DNA of 61,910 nt, the filler included. It is 5 parts of 5 records of this genome, joined end to end, with 100 filler letters (N's around TTAATTAATTAA, not from the genome) between each part and the next. Parts side by side here need not be neighbours in the genome. Positions count along the whole stretch, not along the records: positions 19,757 to 42,687 come from SRR20825010_6812; positions 42,788 to 46,465 come from SRR20825010_6818; positions 46,566 to 57,670 come from SRR20825010_6819; 2 more parts are not named here. One strand, written 5' to 3'. Positions 39,251 to 50,642 of the stretch are shown here, in pieces. The notes under the pieces were generated by a model. The model saw only the letters and a list, made by a program, of their open reading frames with translations. It did no database searches and was not told the origin of the DNA. The position numbers and the translations under genes were made by a program. Positions within the stretch are counted from its first letter, which is position 1. Every line of letters begins with the position of its first letter.

Positions 39251-40573
39251 TTACCCGGCCAACTCTCGGTCCAGCCAGCGCGCGGTGCGCAGCAGCTTGC
39301 CGTCCTCGCCCGGCTTGCCGACAAGCTGAACGCCAAGCGGCAAACCGTCGACGCTCAGCCTCGGCAAATTCACGCAAGGCACACCAAGATACGTCCAGAG
39401 ACCGTTGAACCGGGGTGAGCCCGTGCTGCCGAGGCCGTGCGGTGCCGGTCCGGGTGCGGGCAGGCAGAGCACTGCGTCATAAGTGTCGAGCAACGCAGAC
39501 AGAGCTTCGTTGAGCGGCTCGCGTGCAAGCAGAGCCGCAACATAATCGCCGGCATCAAACTGCCTGGACTCCGCCAGCCGCGCTTTCAGCAGGTCGCTGA
39601 CCTGGTCGGGACTGGCCTCGGCATGGTGCCCGTAATAGGCCAAAATCTCTCCCGCGCCGACGGCTCCGTGAAAATCGATGATGCGGTCGAAGGGAGATGG
39701 CAGGCTCTCCCGCACACATTGTGCGCCCAGCCCGGCGGCAACACTCTCGATGGCCTCCCGCGCTCCGGCATCAGCCTCCGGCCAGGCCGGGGTCTCCAGA
39801 AAGGCAAAGCGCGGCGCCGGGGCTTCCTGATTCATGGCCGAGAGCAGATCCGGGTGCCGGGCGCCGTATCTGGAAAGGTTCGCGGCACCGAAATCGGACA
39901 GGCTGTCCGTGATCAGCGCCAGATCCTCGACGGAGCGGCCGAACACGCCGACCGTGTCGAGCGTATGGGACTGCATCAGAACGCCATCGCGCGGGATACG
40001 CCCGACAGTCGGCTTGAGAGCATGAATGCCGTTGAAGGAGCCGGGACGGATCACCGATCCGGCGGTTTGCGTGCCCAGCGCCAGCGGAACATGGAAATCC
40101 GCCACCGCCGCGCCGGAACCCGCGGAGGAGCCGCCGGGGGTATGCTCCGGGTTATGCGGATTACGCGTCTTGCTGGGGCAGGTGTTGGCAAGTTCCGTGG
40201 TGACGGTCTTGCCCATGATCACCGCACCGGCATTACGCAGCACGGCAACGCACGCCGCATCCCGCCCGGTATGCTGTCCCCGGAACAGGTCCGAGCCGTT
40301 CTCCGTCGGCATGTCGGCGGTCTCAATGATGTCCTTGATGCCGACGGGCAGGCCATGCAGCGGGCCGAGGGCCACCCCCGCCTTGCGGCGGGCATCGGCG
40401 GCACGGGCGTTGGCGAGGGCGATTTCAGGATCGAGGAATGCCCAGGCCTGCACCGTCTCCTCGCGAGCAGCCACGCGATCAAGGCATGCCCGCATCAGCT
40501 CCTCGGCAGAAACCTCTCCCGCCGCCAGCATCCGTGCGAGCTCTGTTGCAGTCCGTTCGTTCAATCCAGTCAT
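39251..40573 (-). CDS. Amidase-signature family protein
   Basis: GPLHGLPVGIKD, PGGSSAGS, GTQTAGSVIRP. Confidence 0.95.
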   Translation of the reverse strand: MTGLNERTATELARMLAAGEVSAEELMRACLDRVAAREETVQAWAFLDPEIALANARAADARRKAGVALGPLHGLPVGIKDIIETADMPTENGSDLFRGQHTGRDAACVAVLRNAGAVIMGKTVTTELANTCPSKTRNPHNPEHTPGGSSAGSGAAVADFHVPLALGTQTAGSVIRPGSFNGIHALKPTVGRIPRDGVLMQSHTLDTVGVFGRSVEDLALITDSLSDFGAANLSRYGARHPDLLSAMNQEAPAPRFAFLETPAWPEADAGAREAIESVAAGLGAQCVRESLPSPFDRIIDFHGAVGAGEILAYYGHHAEASPDQVSDLLKARLAESRQFDAGDYVAALLAREPLNEALSALLDTYDAVLCLPAPGPAPHGLGSTGSPRFNGLWTYLGVPCVNLPRLSVDGLPLGVQLVGKPGEDGKLLRTARWLDRELAG

Positions 40574-40622
40574 CGGGGGGGCCCTCTCCGGTTAACCCGA
40601 CGACTATCGGCAGCGCCCTAGC

Positions 40623-41930
40623 CTAGATATCAAGCGTGTTGTCCCGCTCCCATTCCGTGAGGTGGGACGCGTAGGAGTTCCATTCGCCTGATTTCAGCTT
40701 CAGGAAGGCGGCCGAGAATTCGTCGCCGAGAATTGATTTCAGATCCGTATCCTTATCGAACGTCCGCAGCGCGTCCAGCATGTTCAGCGGCAGACGCGGC
40801 GCATCGGCAGCAAGTTCCGGCTCGGCATACATGTCATTGTCGTAGCGTTTGCCCGGGTCCGCCTTGGTTTTCAGCCCGTCGAGCCCCGTCGCGATAACGA
40901 CGGCCTGAAGTAGATAGGGGTTCACCGCCCCGTCCGGCAGGCGCAGCTCGAACCGGCCCGGGCCCGGCACCCGGACCATGTGGGTCCGGTTGTTGCCCGC
41001 CCAGGTGACCGTATTCGGTGCCCAGGTCGCGCCGGAAAGGGTCTTCGGCGCGTTGATGCGCTTGTAGGAATTCACCACCGGATTGGTGATCGCGGTCATG
41101 CCCTGTGCATGCTTCATGATGCCGCCGAGGAAATTCAGCCCCTCCTTGGACAGCCCGAGCTCCTTCTTGTCGTCGGCGAAGGCGTTGACCTTCCCCTTCT
41201 TGTCCCAGACCGAGACATGACAATGGCAGCCATTGCCGGTCAGATGCTTGAACGGCTTCGGCATGAAGGTGGCGCGCAGGCCGTGCTTCTCGGCCACGGA
41301 CTTGACCATGAACTTGAAGAAGGAATGCTTGTCCGCCGTCTTCAGGGCATCATCGAACTCCCAGTTCATCTCGAACTGGCCGTTCGCGTCTTCATGGTCG
41401 TTCTGATACGGCCCCCAGCCGAGCTCCAGCATGTAGTCGCAGATCTCGGAGATCACGTCATAGCGGCGCATTACCGCCTGCTGATCGTAACAGGGTTTTT
41501 CGGCGGTATCGAAGGGATCGGAAATCTCGGAGCCGTCCGGCAGGATCAGGAAATATTCGGCCTCAATCCCGGTTTTCACGCGCAGGCCCTGCCCGGCGGC
41601 AAGATCGACCATTCGCTTCAGCGTGTTGCGCGGCGCCTGTTCGACCGGCTTGTCCTCCATGACGCAATCGCCCGCGACCCAGGCCACGTCCTTCCTCCAG
41701 GGAAGCTGGATCACCGTCGAGGCGTCCGGCACGGCGAACAAATCCGGGTGGGCCGGCGTCATGTCGAGCCAGGCGGCGAAGCCTGCGAAGCCCGCGCCCT
41801 CTTCCTGCATGCCGGCAATCGCTTGGGCGGGCACCAGCTTGGCGCGCTGGGCGCCGAACAGGTCGGTAAAGGAGATCATGAAATACTTGACCCCCGTCTC
41901 TTTCGCGAATGCCGCAAGATCCTTCGTCAT
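40623..41930 (-). CDS. glnT: Type III glutamate--ammonia ligase / gamma-glutamylmethylamide synthetase (GmaS)
   Basis: RAKLVPA, GAGFAGFA, KPCYDQ, YQNDHEDANGQFEMN, SGATWAP, NNRTHMVR; follows an mgsC-like gene. Confidence 0.93.
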   Translation of the reverse strand: MTKDLAAFAKETGVKYFMISFTDLFGAQRAKLVPAQAIAGMQEEGAGFAGFAAWLDMTPAHPDLFAVPDASTVIQLPWRKDVAWVAGDCVMEDKPVEQAPRNTLKRMVDLAAGQGLRVKTGIEAEYFLILPDGSEISDPFDTAEKPCYDQQAVMRRYDVISEICDYMLELGWGPYQNDHEDANGQFEMNWEFDDALKTADKHSFFKFMVKSVAEKHGLRATFMPKPFKHLTGNGCHCHVSVWDKKGKVNAFADDKKELGLSKEGLNFLGGIMKHAQGMTAITNPVVNSYKRINAPKTLSGATWAPNTVTWAGNNRTHMVRVPGPGRFELRLPDGAVNPYLLQAVVIATGLDGLKTKADPGKRYDNDMYAEPELAADAPRLPLNMLDALRTFDKDTDLKSILGDEFSAAFLKLKSGEWNSYASHLTEWERDNTLDI

Positions 41931-42013
41931 GAAACCTCCAATGTCCCCTGTCGTCTCCCTCGGCACGCGCCGCGTTGACCGCAGCGTCTTTGCCTGTTGA
42001 AGCTACCCTGTTC

Positions 42014-42687
42014 CTAAAGGCCGGTCTTGCCCGGTATCCAGTCCGTCCCCGCAAGCGGCACGCCCGCCATTGCCGACGCCTCGATGCTCAGCGCACAAAG
42101 GTCTTCCGGCTCGAGATTATGCACATGGTTCTTGCCGCAGGCCCGGGCGATGGTCTGCGCTTCCAGTGTCATCACCTTCAGATAATTCGCCAGCCGGCGT
42201 CCGGCCGCAACCGGATCGACCCGTTTCATCAACTCCGGGTCCTGGGTGGAAATGCCTGCCGGATCGCGTCCCTCGTGCCAGTCGTCATAGGCACCGGCAG
42301 TCGTGCCGAGGGCTTGGTATACCTCTTCCCAGCGCGGATCATTGTCACCGATGGCGACCAGCGCCGCCGTGCCGATGGAAACCGCGTCAGCACCCAGCGC
42401 CAGTGCCTTGGCCACGTCGGCACCGTTCCGCACCCCGCCGGAAATGACCAACTGGACCTTGCGGTGCATATCGAGATCCTGCAGCGCCTGTACGGCGGGC
42501 CGGATACAGGCCAGCGTCGGCAGGCCGACATTCTCGATAAAGACTTCCTGGGTTGCCGCCGTGCCGCCCTGCATGCCGTCCAGCACCACCACATCGGCGC
42601 CGGACTTCACCGCCAGCGCGGTGTCGTAATAGGGCCGGGCGCCGCCGACCTTCACATAGATCGGCTTTTCCCAATCGGTGATCTCGC
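42014..42687 (-). CDS. FMN-binding glutamate synthase family protein (N-methylglutamate synthase subunit C, MgsC/GlxD-like), 5'-truncated
   Basis: DGMQGGTAAT, SGGVRNGADVAKALALGADAV, GISTQDPEL, ARACGKNHVHNLEPEDL. Confidence 0.9.
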
Positions 42688-42787
42688 NNNNNNNNNNNNN
42701 NNNNNNNNNNNNNNNNNNNNNNNNNNNNNNNTTAATTAATTAANNNNNNNNNNNNNNNNNNNNNNNNNNNNNNNNNNNNNNNNNNNN
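42688..42787. other. Artificial contig-joining spacer
   Basis: 44 N + TTAATTAATTAA + 44 N. Confidence 0.97.
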
Positions 42788-45700
42788 CGGTAACTTGGCT
42801 GTGGTGCGGTTTCGATCAGAATATGGGCGTTGATCCCGCTTAGGCCGAACGAACTGATGCCAGCGCGCCGTGCGGTGCCAAAATCAAGGAGTTTTTCAAG
42901 TTTCTGCGCGACCTTTACCGGCGCACGATTGAAATTGATCTTGGGGTTGGGTGTTGCAAAATGGGGTTGTGGTGGGGCCTGATCATGACGAAGAGCCATG
43001 ATTGCACGGGCAAGGCCAAGTGCCCCGGCGGTTCCGTCAAGATGGCCATAATTACCTTTGCCGGACCCGATAAAGGCGGTCGTCTTTTGATCGGTGATGC
43101 CTGCGAAAGCACGGGTCAATCCATCAATCTCAATCGGGTCGCCAAGTGATGTGCCGGTGCCATGCGCCTCAAAGTAAGAAACGCTTGAAAGATCGATATC
43201 GGCCGAGCGTGCGGCGTCCCGAATGACTTCCGCCTGCATCAGCGGATTTGGGGCCGCAGCTCCACTTGATGTGCCGTCCTGATTGACAGCACTGCCGCGA
43301 ATGACAGCATGGATGTGATCGCCGTCTTGCATCGCATTGCTAAGCGGTTTGAGGACGAAAATCACACTGCCTTCGCCCATGCCGGTGCCATCGGCATCTT
43401 TATCGAAGGCCCGGGTCCGCGCGGTCGAGGAATCGATGGTAAAGGTGCTATCGGCACCGGGCGGGCACGGCAAAATCTTTGCCCCGCCAGCGATGGCGAC
43501 CTTGCAACTGCCGTTACGCAGGTTTTGACATGCATGGTGGACGGCAACCAGCGACGACGAACACGCGGTATCAATAACAGTGGCCGGACCATGCCAGTCT
43601 TTGAGGAAGGACAGGCGGGTCACGATGTTGGATGGCACATTTAACGCAAAGGCCTGCTCGGCCTTGGCGGGCGGAATATGTTCCATCGCCATGCGCCAAA
43701 CCGGGTTGCTGCCACCACCGGAAAATACGCCGACTTTCTGACCATGCAGGGCGTTGCCGCCATATCCGGCATCCTCCATCGCCATCAAGGCGGTTTCCAT
43801 GAATAGCCGTTGTTCCGGATCAAGCAGCCCGGCATCAATCGGGGCAAGGCGGAAACGTGCTGCATCAAATTCATAAAGCGTGTCGAGATAGGCGATTTCG
43901 CGGAAACGTGATGGAACGGGTTTGCCAAGTGCGGTCAAGATTTCGCGGGCATCGGCTTCGCGGTCGGATGGCACCGGACGGACAAGATCACGACCCGATG
44001 CGACATCCTTCCAGAATGTTTCGACTGTGTTCGCACCTGCAACTTGCAGTGCCATGCCGATGACAGCAATCGGTTCATCATCGGCAAGAATGGCACTTTC
44101 GGAACTCTGAATGCGTGTATCGGCTGGGATCTCGTCTTCCGCGCCAAGAAGCACCGCCTGTCGGGAAATCGACGGGTTGGCAAACAGGTCGGCAATACCG
44201 ATTTTTCCGGGCCAGCGGGCATCAATTTTTTCAAACAACCGCAGCAACAACAACGAGTTCCCGCCAATGTCAAAGAACCCGTCATCAAGTGCCGGATGAA
44301 CATCAGGAAGAACCTCGGACCAAAGCACCGTAATCTGTGCTTCAAGATCACTTTTTGCTTCCATCGATCGTGCCACAGGTTTTGCCGCGGTTTTTATCGA
44401 TGGTGCGGTTTTACTTTTGCTGGTCGGGATTTGGACACCGGCAAGAGCCTTGCGGTCGACCTTGCCACTGCTGGTCAATGGCAGATGGTCGATCTTAAAG
44501 AACCGTGCGGGGATCATGTATTCCGGCAGGCGTGTTCGCAGATGTTCGCGCAGCGCAGTGCTTGTCAGATCGTCTGCACCAAGAACAAAGGCATGCAATT
44601 CATCAAGGCCCGCAATCTTGACAGGCTTGACCGGCGCACGTTCGATTGCCGGGTGGCTTTCAAGGGCCACTTCGATTTCACCGCATTCGATCCGGTAGCC
44701 ACGAATTTTAACCTGATGATCAATGCGGCCAAGATATTCAATCGTGCCATCATGACGCCAACGACCAAGATCGCCGGTGCGGTAAAGACGCTGTTTCGGC
44801 GATGCCGGATCAGGCGGGAATTTTTCGGCACTTAGCTCGGCGCGGTTACGATATCCCAGTGCGATTTGCGGCCCACCCAATGTGACTTCACCGCTAACCC
44901 CGATGGGAACAGGTGAAAAATCAGGGGCAAGAACTTGCACCGTTGTATTGGCAATCGGCTTTCCAATCGGGACAACATTGCCTGATGTATGCGGCGAACA
45001 TGCTTGCCAGGTGACATCAACGGTTGCTTCTGTCGGGCCATAAAGATTGTGAAGTTCCGTACCAAATTCATTGAACAGTAATGTGTTAAATCGCTGAACA
45101 ACAGCAGCATCAAGAGCTTCGCCACTGGCGAAAACGCGTTTTAAGGTCGCCAGTTTACCGATTTCAACCATGCCGCTTTCGATGGCAAACAGGAATGTCG
45201 CCAGCATCGAGGGCACAAAATGCATTGTCGTGACGCGATTGTCGAAGATTGCATCGGCGATTTGTCGTGGGTCACGTTCGGCACCGGGCGCAGGCAAGAC
45301 AACCTTCGCACCGGTCCATGACCACCAGAATAATTCCCAGACCGACACATCAAAAGTGATCGGTGTTTTTTGCAAGATCACATCGTCGGGGCCAAGCGGG
45401 AAGGCATCCTGCATCCAAAGAATGCGGTTCAGAACCCCGCGATGGGCAATCTCGACCCCTTTTGGTCGGCCGGTTGATCCGGATGTAAACAGAACATAGG
45501 CCAAGTCATCCGGACCATGTGAAAGGACTGGAATATCCCCGTCCTCACGACCATCAAGCAGGATGGTTTTTGCGGGATCAAACAGATGCGCCAAATCTGG
45601 CGTGGTAATGACAAAACCGTCCCCAAGATCTTCGAGCATATCCTTGCGGCGTTGCTCTGGATGATCAGGGTCAAGCGGGCTGTAAGCCGCCCCGGCAAGA

Positions 45701-46464
45701 AGAATACCGTGAATGGCCGCAAGCATATTGATGGATCGACGAATGGCAACGGCAACGACATCACCGGGACGGATGGCACGCGCATGCAGCATTGCGGCAA
45801 TGCCAGCAGCACGGCGGGCAAACTGCGCATAGCTCAGTTCTTCGTTGCCATCCACAACCGCAATATTGTTGGGGGTGGATGCTACCTGATCAAGGAAGGG
45901 CTCAGAAATTGGCCTTTCAATCGGAAGATAACAGTCAGTCGCATTAAATTGTTCAATCCGCGCATATTCATGCTCGGACATAATAGAAAGCTTGGAAACC
46001 GGCTGGTCAGCCATGTCGCAAAGAGCTGCTTGGCTCAGTGCTTCCAGTCGTTCTGCGAAGGCGGAAATTGTCTGGCGGTCAAAAAGGCCGGTGTCGAATT
46101 CAATCGTGCCACATAGCTTGTCATCATTGCGCCAGAAGTAAAAACCAAGATCAAATTTGGCGAATGGAAACTCTGTCCTGCGCAGTGAAACACTGGCGTC
46201 CCCCAGCTGCGCGTTTTGGGGAAGATTGTCCTGCCAGGCAACCAGCACATCAAATAACGGGTTTCGGGAAAGGTCACGTGGCGCATTTATCGCATTTACA
46301 ACGTCTTCGAATGGCACTGCCTGATCGGCAAGCGCATCCATGACAGTTTTCTGGGTCGCGGCGAGATGAGCATTAAAGCAGGCATCCGGATCGACTTTCT
46401 GGCGAACCAGCACTGTGTTGACGAAAAATCCAATGACATCATCAATCGCTGAATGGTCGCGTCC
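42788..46464 (-). CDS. Hybrid NRPS-PKS fragment: C (partial) - A (Ser-like) - T - KS; truncated at both ends
   Basis: IGFFVNT and DLSRNPLFDV (C); FTSGSTGRPKG, FDVSVWE, NLYGPTE, YRTGD, GKVDRKAL (A); FFDIGGNSL (T); DTACSSS, EAHGTGT, GNYGH, SSFGLSGINAH (KS). Confidence 0.95.
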
Positions 46465-46465
46465 G

Positions 46466-46565
46466 NNNNNNNNNNNNNNNNNNNNNNNNNNNNNNNNNNN
46501 NNNNNNNNNTTAATTAATTAANNNNNNNNNNNNNNNNNNNNNNNNNNNNNNNNNNNNNNNNNNNN
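46466..46565. other. Artificial contig-joining spacer
   Basis: 44 N + TTAATTAATTAA + 44 N. Confidence 0.97.
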
Positions 46566-46618
46566 GGGCTGGCTAATTGGAATGAATTATTACCTACTTG
46601 CCCTTAAGGAAGGATACA

Positions 46619-49600
46619 GTGAAGACATATCAGGAATTTAAACAAGTGGATTATCCCGAAATCGGGGAGTCCGTATTGAAGTACTGGAAAGAAAACCAGA
46701 TTTTCGAGCAATCAGTAACCAACCGTGACGGTGCGGAGACATTTACATTTTTTGAGGGTCCGCCTTCGGCAAATGGTACTCCGGGTATTCACCACGTGAT
46801 GGCGCGTACCTTGAAAGATATTTTCTGCCGTTACAAAACGCTTCAAGGTTTTCAAGTAAAGCGAAAAGGTGGTTGGGATACGCATGGCTTGCCTGTAGAA
46901 TTGCAGGTGGAGAAGGAATTGGGAATCACCAAAGAGGATATTGGAAAGAAAATCTCCGTAGAAGAATACAACCAGAAGTGCCGTGAGACGGTCATGCGAT
47001 TCAAAAATGAATGGGATGACCTGACTGAGAAAATTGGTTACTGGGTGGATTTGGATGATCCGTATATCACATTTGAGCCGAACTACATCGAATCAGTTTG
47101 GAGCTTGCTGAAGAAGCTTTACGAGAAAGATCTGATCTACAAAGGCTATACAATTCAACCATATTCGCCAGCTGCTGGTACAGGTTTGAGTTCGCACGAA
47201 CTGAATCAGCCTGGTACATACAAGGATGTAAAAGACACTTCCATCACTGCTCAGTTCAAACTGAAAGGTGAGGAAAATACCTATATCATAGCTTGGACGA
47301 CTACGCCTTGGACTTTGCCAGCCAACTCGGCTTTGGCGATTGGTGAGAATTTGGACTACGTGAAAGTGAAGACTTTCAATCCTTATACATTCAATGCCTG
47401 CACGGTTATTTTGGCGAAAGCTAGAATGAATTCATACCTAAATCCAAAAGCAGCCGAGCTGAAATTGGAAGATTATAAAGGTGGTGACAAGCTGATTCCT
47501 TTCGAAGTAATCGAGGAGTTTAAAGGAAAGGATATGCTAGGTTGGGAGTATGAGCAACTGTTCCCGATAGCAGGTTTGGCACTTGCGCATCCAGCTTTCA
47601 CTGTTGTTTCTGGTGACTATGTGACTACGGAAGATGGTACTGGTATCGTTCACCTTGCGAAAGCTTTCGGTGCAGATGACTTTAGAACTTTGGCACAGAA
47701 TAATGTACCAGGCATCTTCGTAAAAGATGAGCAAGGAAAAGATATTCCGATTGTGGATAAACGCGGAAAATTCATCACGATGGTGGGTGAGTACCTTGTG
47801 GATAAAGTAGCTGAGCATGCGATCACTGCCCATAAAGAATATGGTGTGGATGATTTCTATGTGAAAAACTACACAGAGGATGATGAGAGCGCAGCAGACT
47901 TCAAAAGCACCGATGTGATCATTTCTATCATTCTGAAAAATGAAAATAAGGCCTTCAAGGTTGAGAAATATGAGCACAGTTATCCACACTGTTGGAGAAC
48001 TGATAAGCCTGTGCTTTACTATCCTATGGACAGCTGGTTTATCAAAACCACGGCTTACAAAGACAGATTAGTAGAGCTAAATAAGACGATCAACTGGAAG
48101 CCTGAGGCTACTGGAACGGGTCGTTTTGGCAACTGGCTGGAAAACTTGGTTGATTGGAACTTGAGCAGATCTAGATTCTGGGGCACGCCGCTTCCGATCT
48201 GGAGAACAGAAGATGGAACAGAAGAACGTTGCATAGGATCAATTGCTGAATTGGAAACTGCGATAGAAGAATCAATTGCGAAAGGCTTCATGGAAAAATC
48301 TCCATACGAAGGCCGCGAGTTGGATCTTCACCGTCCATTTGTGGATGATGTGTTTTTGGTTTCTGCCAAGGGTGAGAAAATGGTCCGTGAGGCTGATTTG
48401 ATCGATGTTTGGTTTGACTCTGGAGCCATGCCATATGCGCAGTGGCACTATCCTTTCGAAAACGAGGATATTTTCAAAGCTAACTATCCAGCGGATTATA
48501 TCGCTGAAGGTGTTGATCAGACACGTGGTTGGTTCTTTACGCTACATGCCATTTCAGTGATGCTTTTTGATAGCGTGGCTTTTAAAAACGTGATTGCAAA
48601 TGGACTGGTACTGGATAAAAACGGTAACAAAATGTCCAAGCGATTGGGCAACGCTGTCGATCCTTTTAAAACGCTTAAGGAATACGGCCCAGATGCAGTG
48701 CGTTGGTACTTGCTAAGCAACTCCAATCCTTGGGATAACTTGAAATTCAATCTGGACGGTGTGACTGAGGTGCAACGACGCTTCTTTGGCACACTTCAGA
48801 ATACCTATAATTTCTTCGCGCTGTATGCGAATTTGGATGCTTTTGTCTATGACAAATCCAAAGCGATACCAGTAGGAGAAAGAGCTGAGCTCGATCAGTG
48901 GATCGTGTCTAAGCTTCAATCATTGATCGCGGAGGTCGAGGAATCGATGAATAATTACGATGCGACGCGAGCTACTCGTGCGATCATGAATTACACGGTC
49001 GATCAGCTTTCTAATTGGTACGTGAGACTTGCTAGAAAGAGATTCTGGAGAGGTGATATGAATTCAGATAAGCAGGCAGCTTACGAGACTTTGTATGAAT
49101 CCTTGTTGACACTTACGCAGCTGATGTCATCATTTGCGCCTTTCTACGCAGATTGGTTGTATCAGAATTTGACGGAGTCGGGATCTGATTCCAAAGCTTC
49201 AGTGCATTTGACGGATTGGGTTTCTGCTGATTCTGGGTTGATCAATAAAGATCTGGAAGAAAGCATGGAGTTGTCTCAGACGATTTCTTCTTTGGTACAC
49301 TCGCTGAGAAAGAAAGAGAAGATGAAAGTGCGTCAGCCGCTTCAAAGAATATTGATTCCGATCTTAAAGGAGAAAACTAAAGCTCAGATTTTGCATTTGG
49401 AAGAACTGATCAAATCTGAAGTGAATATCAAAGACATTGAGTTCATCGATGATGCGTCAGGTATCTTGGTGAAAAGTGTGAAACCAAATCTTCCTGTTTT
49501 AGGAAAGAAATTGGGTCCAAAAATGCGCTTTGTAGTTGCTGCAATCAACAAGTGGGAACAAGCCGAAATCGCTGAAATAGAGCGGGAAGGTAAGATCTCG

Positions 49601-49993
49601 GTTGATGTGGACGGCGAAAGTCTAGAATTGCTTTTGGAAGAAGTGTTGATTTCGTCTGAGGATATTCCAGGCTGGTCTGTAGCTTCTGATCAGGGAGTAA
49701 CTGTCGCGCTTGATGTGACACTTTCTGATGAGTTGAAGCAGGAAGGAATCGCGAGAGATTTGGTAAACCGTATACAGAACCTTCGTAAGGATATGGGTCT
49801 GGAAGTACAAGACAAGATCAACGTGACCCTAGCAGATGACAATGAATTAGTGAAAAATGCGGTAAAGTCTTTTGGGGAATATATCCAAACAGAAGTACAG
49901 GCGTTGAAACTAGAGCTATCTGCTGAGTTGGATGGTGCTACAGTACTTGATATGGATGATTTTGAACTCGCTGTTTTGGTGGAAAAAGCCTAA
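46619..49993 (+). CDS. ileS: Isoleucine--tRNA ligase (type 2); start probably GTG at 46619
   Basis: EGPPSANGTPGIHH, GWDTHGLP, WTTTPWTLPAN, DWNLSRSRFWGTPLP, EGVDQTRGWF, KMSKR. Confidence 0.98.
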   Translation: MKTYQEFKQVDYPEIGESVLKYWKENQIFEQSVTNRDGAETFTFFEGPPSANGTPGIHHVMARTLKDIFCRYKTLQGFQVKRKGGWDTHGLPVELQVEKELGITKEDIGKKISVEEYNQKCRETVMRFKNEWDDLTEKIGYWVDLDDPYITFEPNYIESVWSLLKKLYEKDLIYKGYTIQPYSPAAGTGLSSHELNQPGTYKDVKDTSITAQFKLKGEENTYIIAWTTTPWTLPANSALAIGENLDYVKVKTFNPYTFNACTVILAKARMNSYLNPKAAELKLEDYKGGDKLIPFEVIEEFKGKDMLGWEYEQLFPIAGLALAHPAFTVVSGDYVTTEDGTGIVHLAKAFGADDFRTLAQNNVPGIFVKDEQGKDIPIVDKRGKFITMVGEYLVDKVAEHAITAHKEYGVDDFYVKNYTEDDESAADFKSTDVIISIILKNENKAFKVEKYEHSYPHCWRTDKPVLYYPMDSWFIKTTAYKDRLVELNKTINWKPEATGTGRFGNWLENLVDWNLSRSRFWGTPLPIWRTEDGTEERCIGSIAELETAIEESIAKGFMEKSPYEGRELDLHRPFVDDVFLVSAKGEKMVREADLIDVWFDSGAMPYAQWHYPFENEDIFKANYPADYIAEGVDQTRGWFFTLHAISVMLFDSVAFKNVIANGLVLDKNGNKMSKRLGNAVDPFKTLKEYGPDAVRWYLLSNSNPWDNLKFNLDGVTEVQRRFFGTLQNTYNFFALYANLDAFVYDKSKAIPVGERAELDQWIVSKLQSLIAEVEESMNNYDATRATRAIMNYTVDQLSNWYVRLARKRFWRGDMNSDKQAAYETLYESLLTLTQLMSSFAPFYADWLYQNLTESGSDSKASVHLTDWVSADSGLINKDLEESMELSQTISSLVHSLRKKEKMKVRQPLQRILIPILKEKTKAQILHLEELIKSEVNIKDIEFIDDASGILVKSVKPNLPVLGKKLGPKMRFVVAAINKWEQAEIAEIEREGKISVDVDGESLELLLEEVLISSEDIPGWSVASDQGVTVALDVTLSDELKQEGIARDLVNRIQNLRKDMGLEVQDKINVTLADDNELVKNAVKSFGEYIQTEVQALKLELSAELDGATVLDMDDFELAVLVEKA

Positions 49994-50009
49994 TAGCTAA
50001 TCGTATATA

Positions 50010-50642
50010 ATGAATAAATACCTGAAATACTTTGGCATCGCACTATTGGTGATCCTTATAGATCAAGCGGTTAAAATGCTAGTTCATTTCGAGATGGATT
50101 TTGGCTCACCTGGGCAGATCCCAATTTTCGGAGACTGGTTTAAACTGCACTATACTACGAATCCAGGAATGGCATTTGGGATGGAGCTGGGCTCTGACTA
50201 TGGTAAACTGCTACTAACTTCATTCCGTTTGGTAGCGATGGTGGGAATTGGGTATTATCTATACTACATCATCGATAAAAAACAGCCGGCCTTATATATA
50301 GTATGTATTGCTATGATTTTGGGTGGGGCAATAGGTAATTTAGTTGATTCTGTTTTCTATGGTGTTTGGCTAAATAATGCTCCGTATAATGCTTCTACTC
50401 CTTGGTTTCACGGACAGGTAGTCGATATGTTCTACTTTGATATTTGGGAAGGATATCTGCCCGAATGGCTTCCGGTGTGGGGAGGTAGTTATACTGCACT
50501 TTGGCCGATTTTCAATGTGGCTGATGCAGCTATATTTATTGGCGTTGCTATGATCTTGGTGTTTCAGAGTAGATTTTTTCCTGAAAAACCAGCCGATTCT
50601 ACCCAATCAGTAAGAGAGGAAGTAGATCAGCTTTCCGAGTAG
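50010..50642 (+). CDS. lspA: Lipoprotein signal peptidase II
   Basis: DQAVK, NPGMAFG, GGAIGNLVD, VVDM, FNVAD. Confidence 0.96.
   Translation: MNKYLKYFGIALLVILIDQAVKMLVHFEMDFGSPGQIPIFGDWFKLHYTTNPGMAFGMELGSDYGKLLLTSFRLVAMVGIGYYLYYIIDKKQPALYIVCIAMILGGAIGNLVDSVFYGVWLNNAPYNASTPWFHGQVVDMFYFDIWEGYLPEWLPVWGGSYTALWPIFNVADAAIFIGVAMILVFQSRFFPEKPADSTQSVREEVDQLSE

Noticed and set aside
19701-42739. Many long antisense or overlapping ORFs in the GC-rich contig (e.g. 26439-27410, 33575-34786, 33787-34977, 39437-40621, 40980-41978)
   Set aside because: Shadow ORFs of well-supported genes, expected at high GC3; no motifs; some end only at the linker
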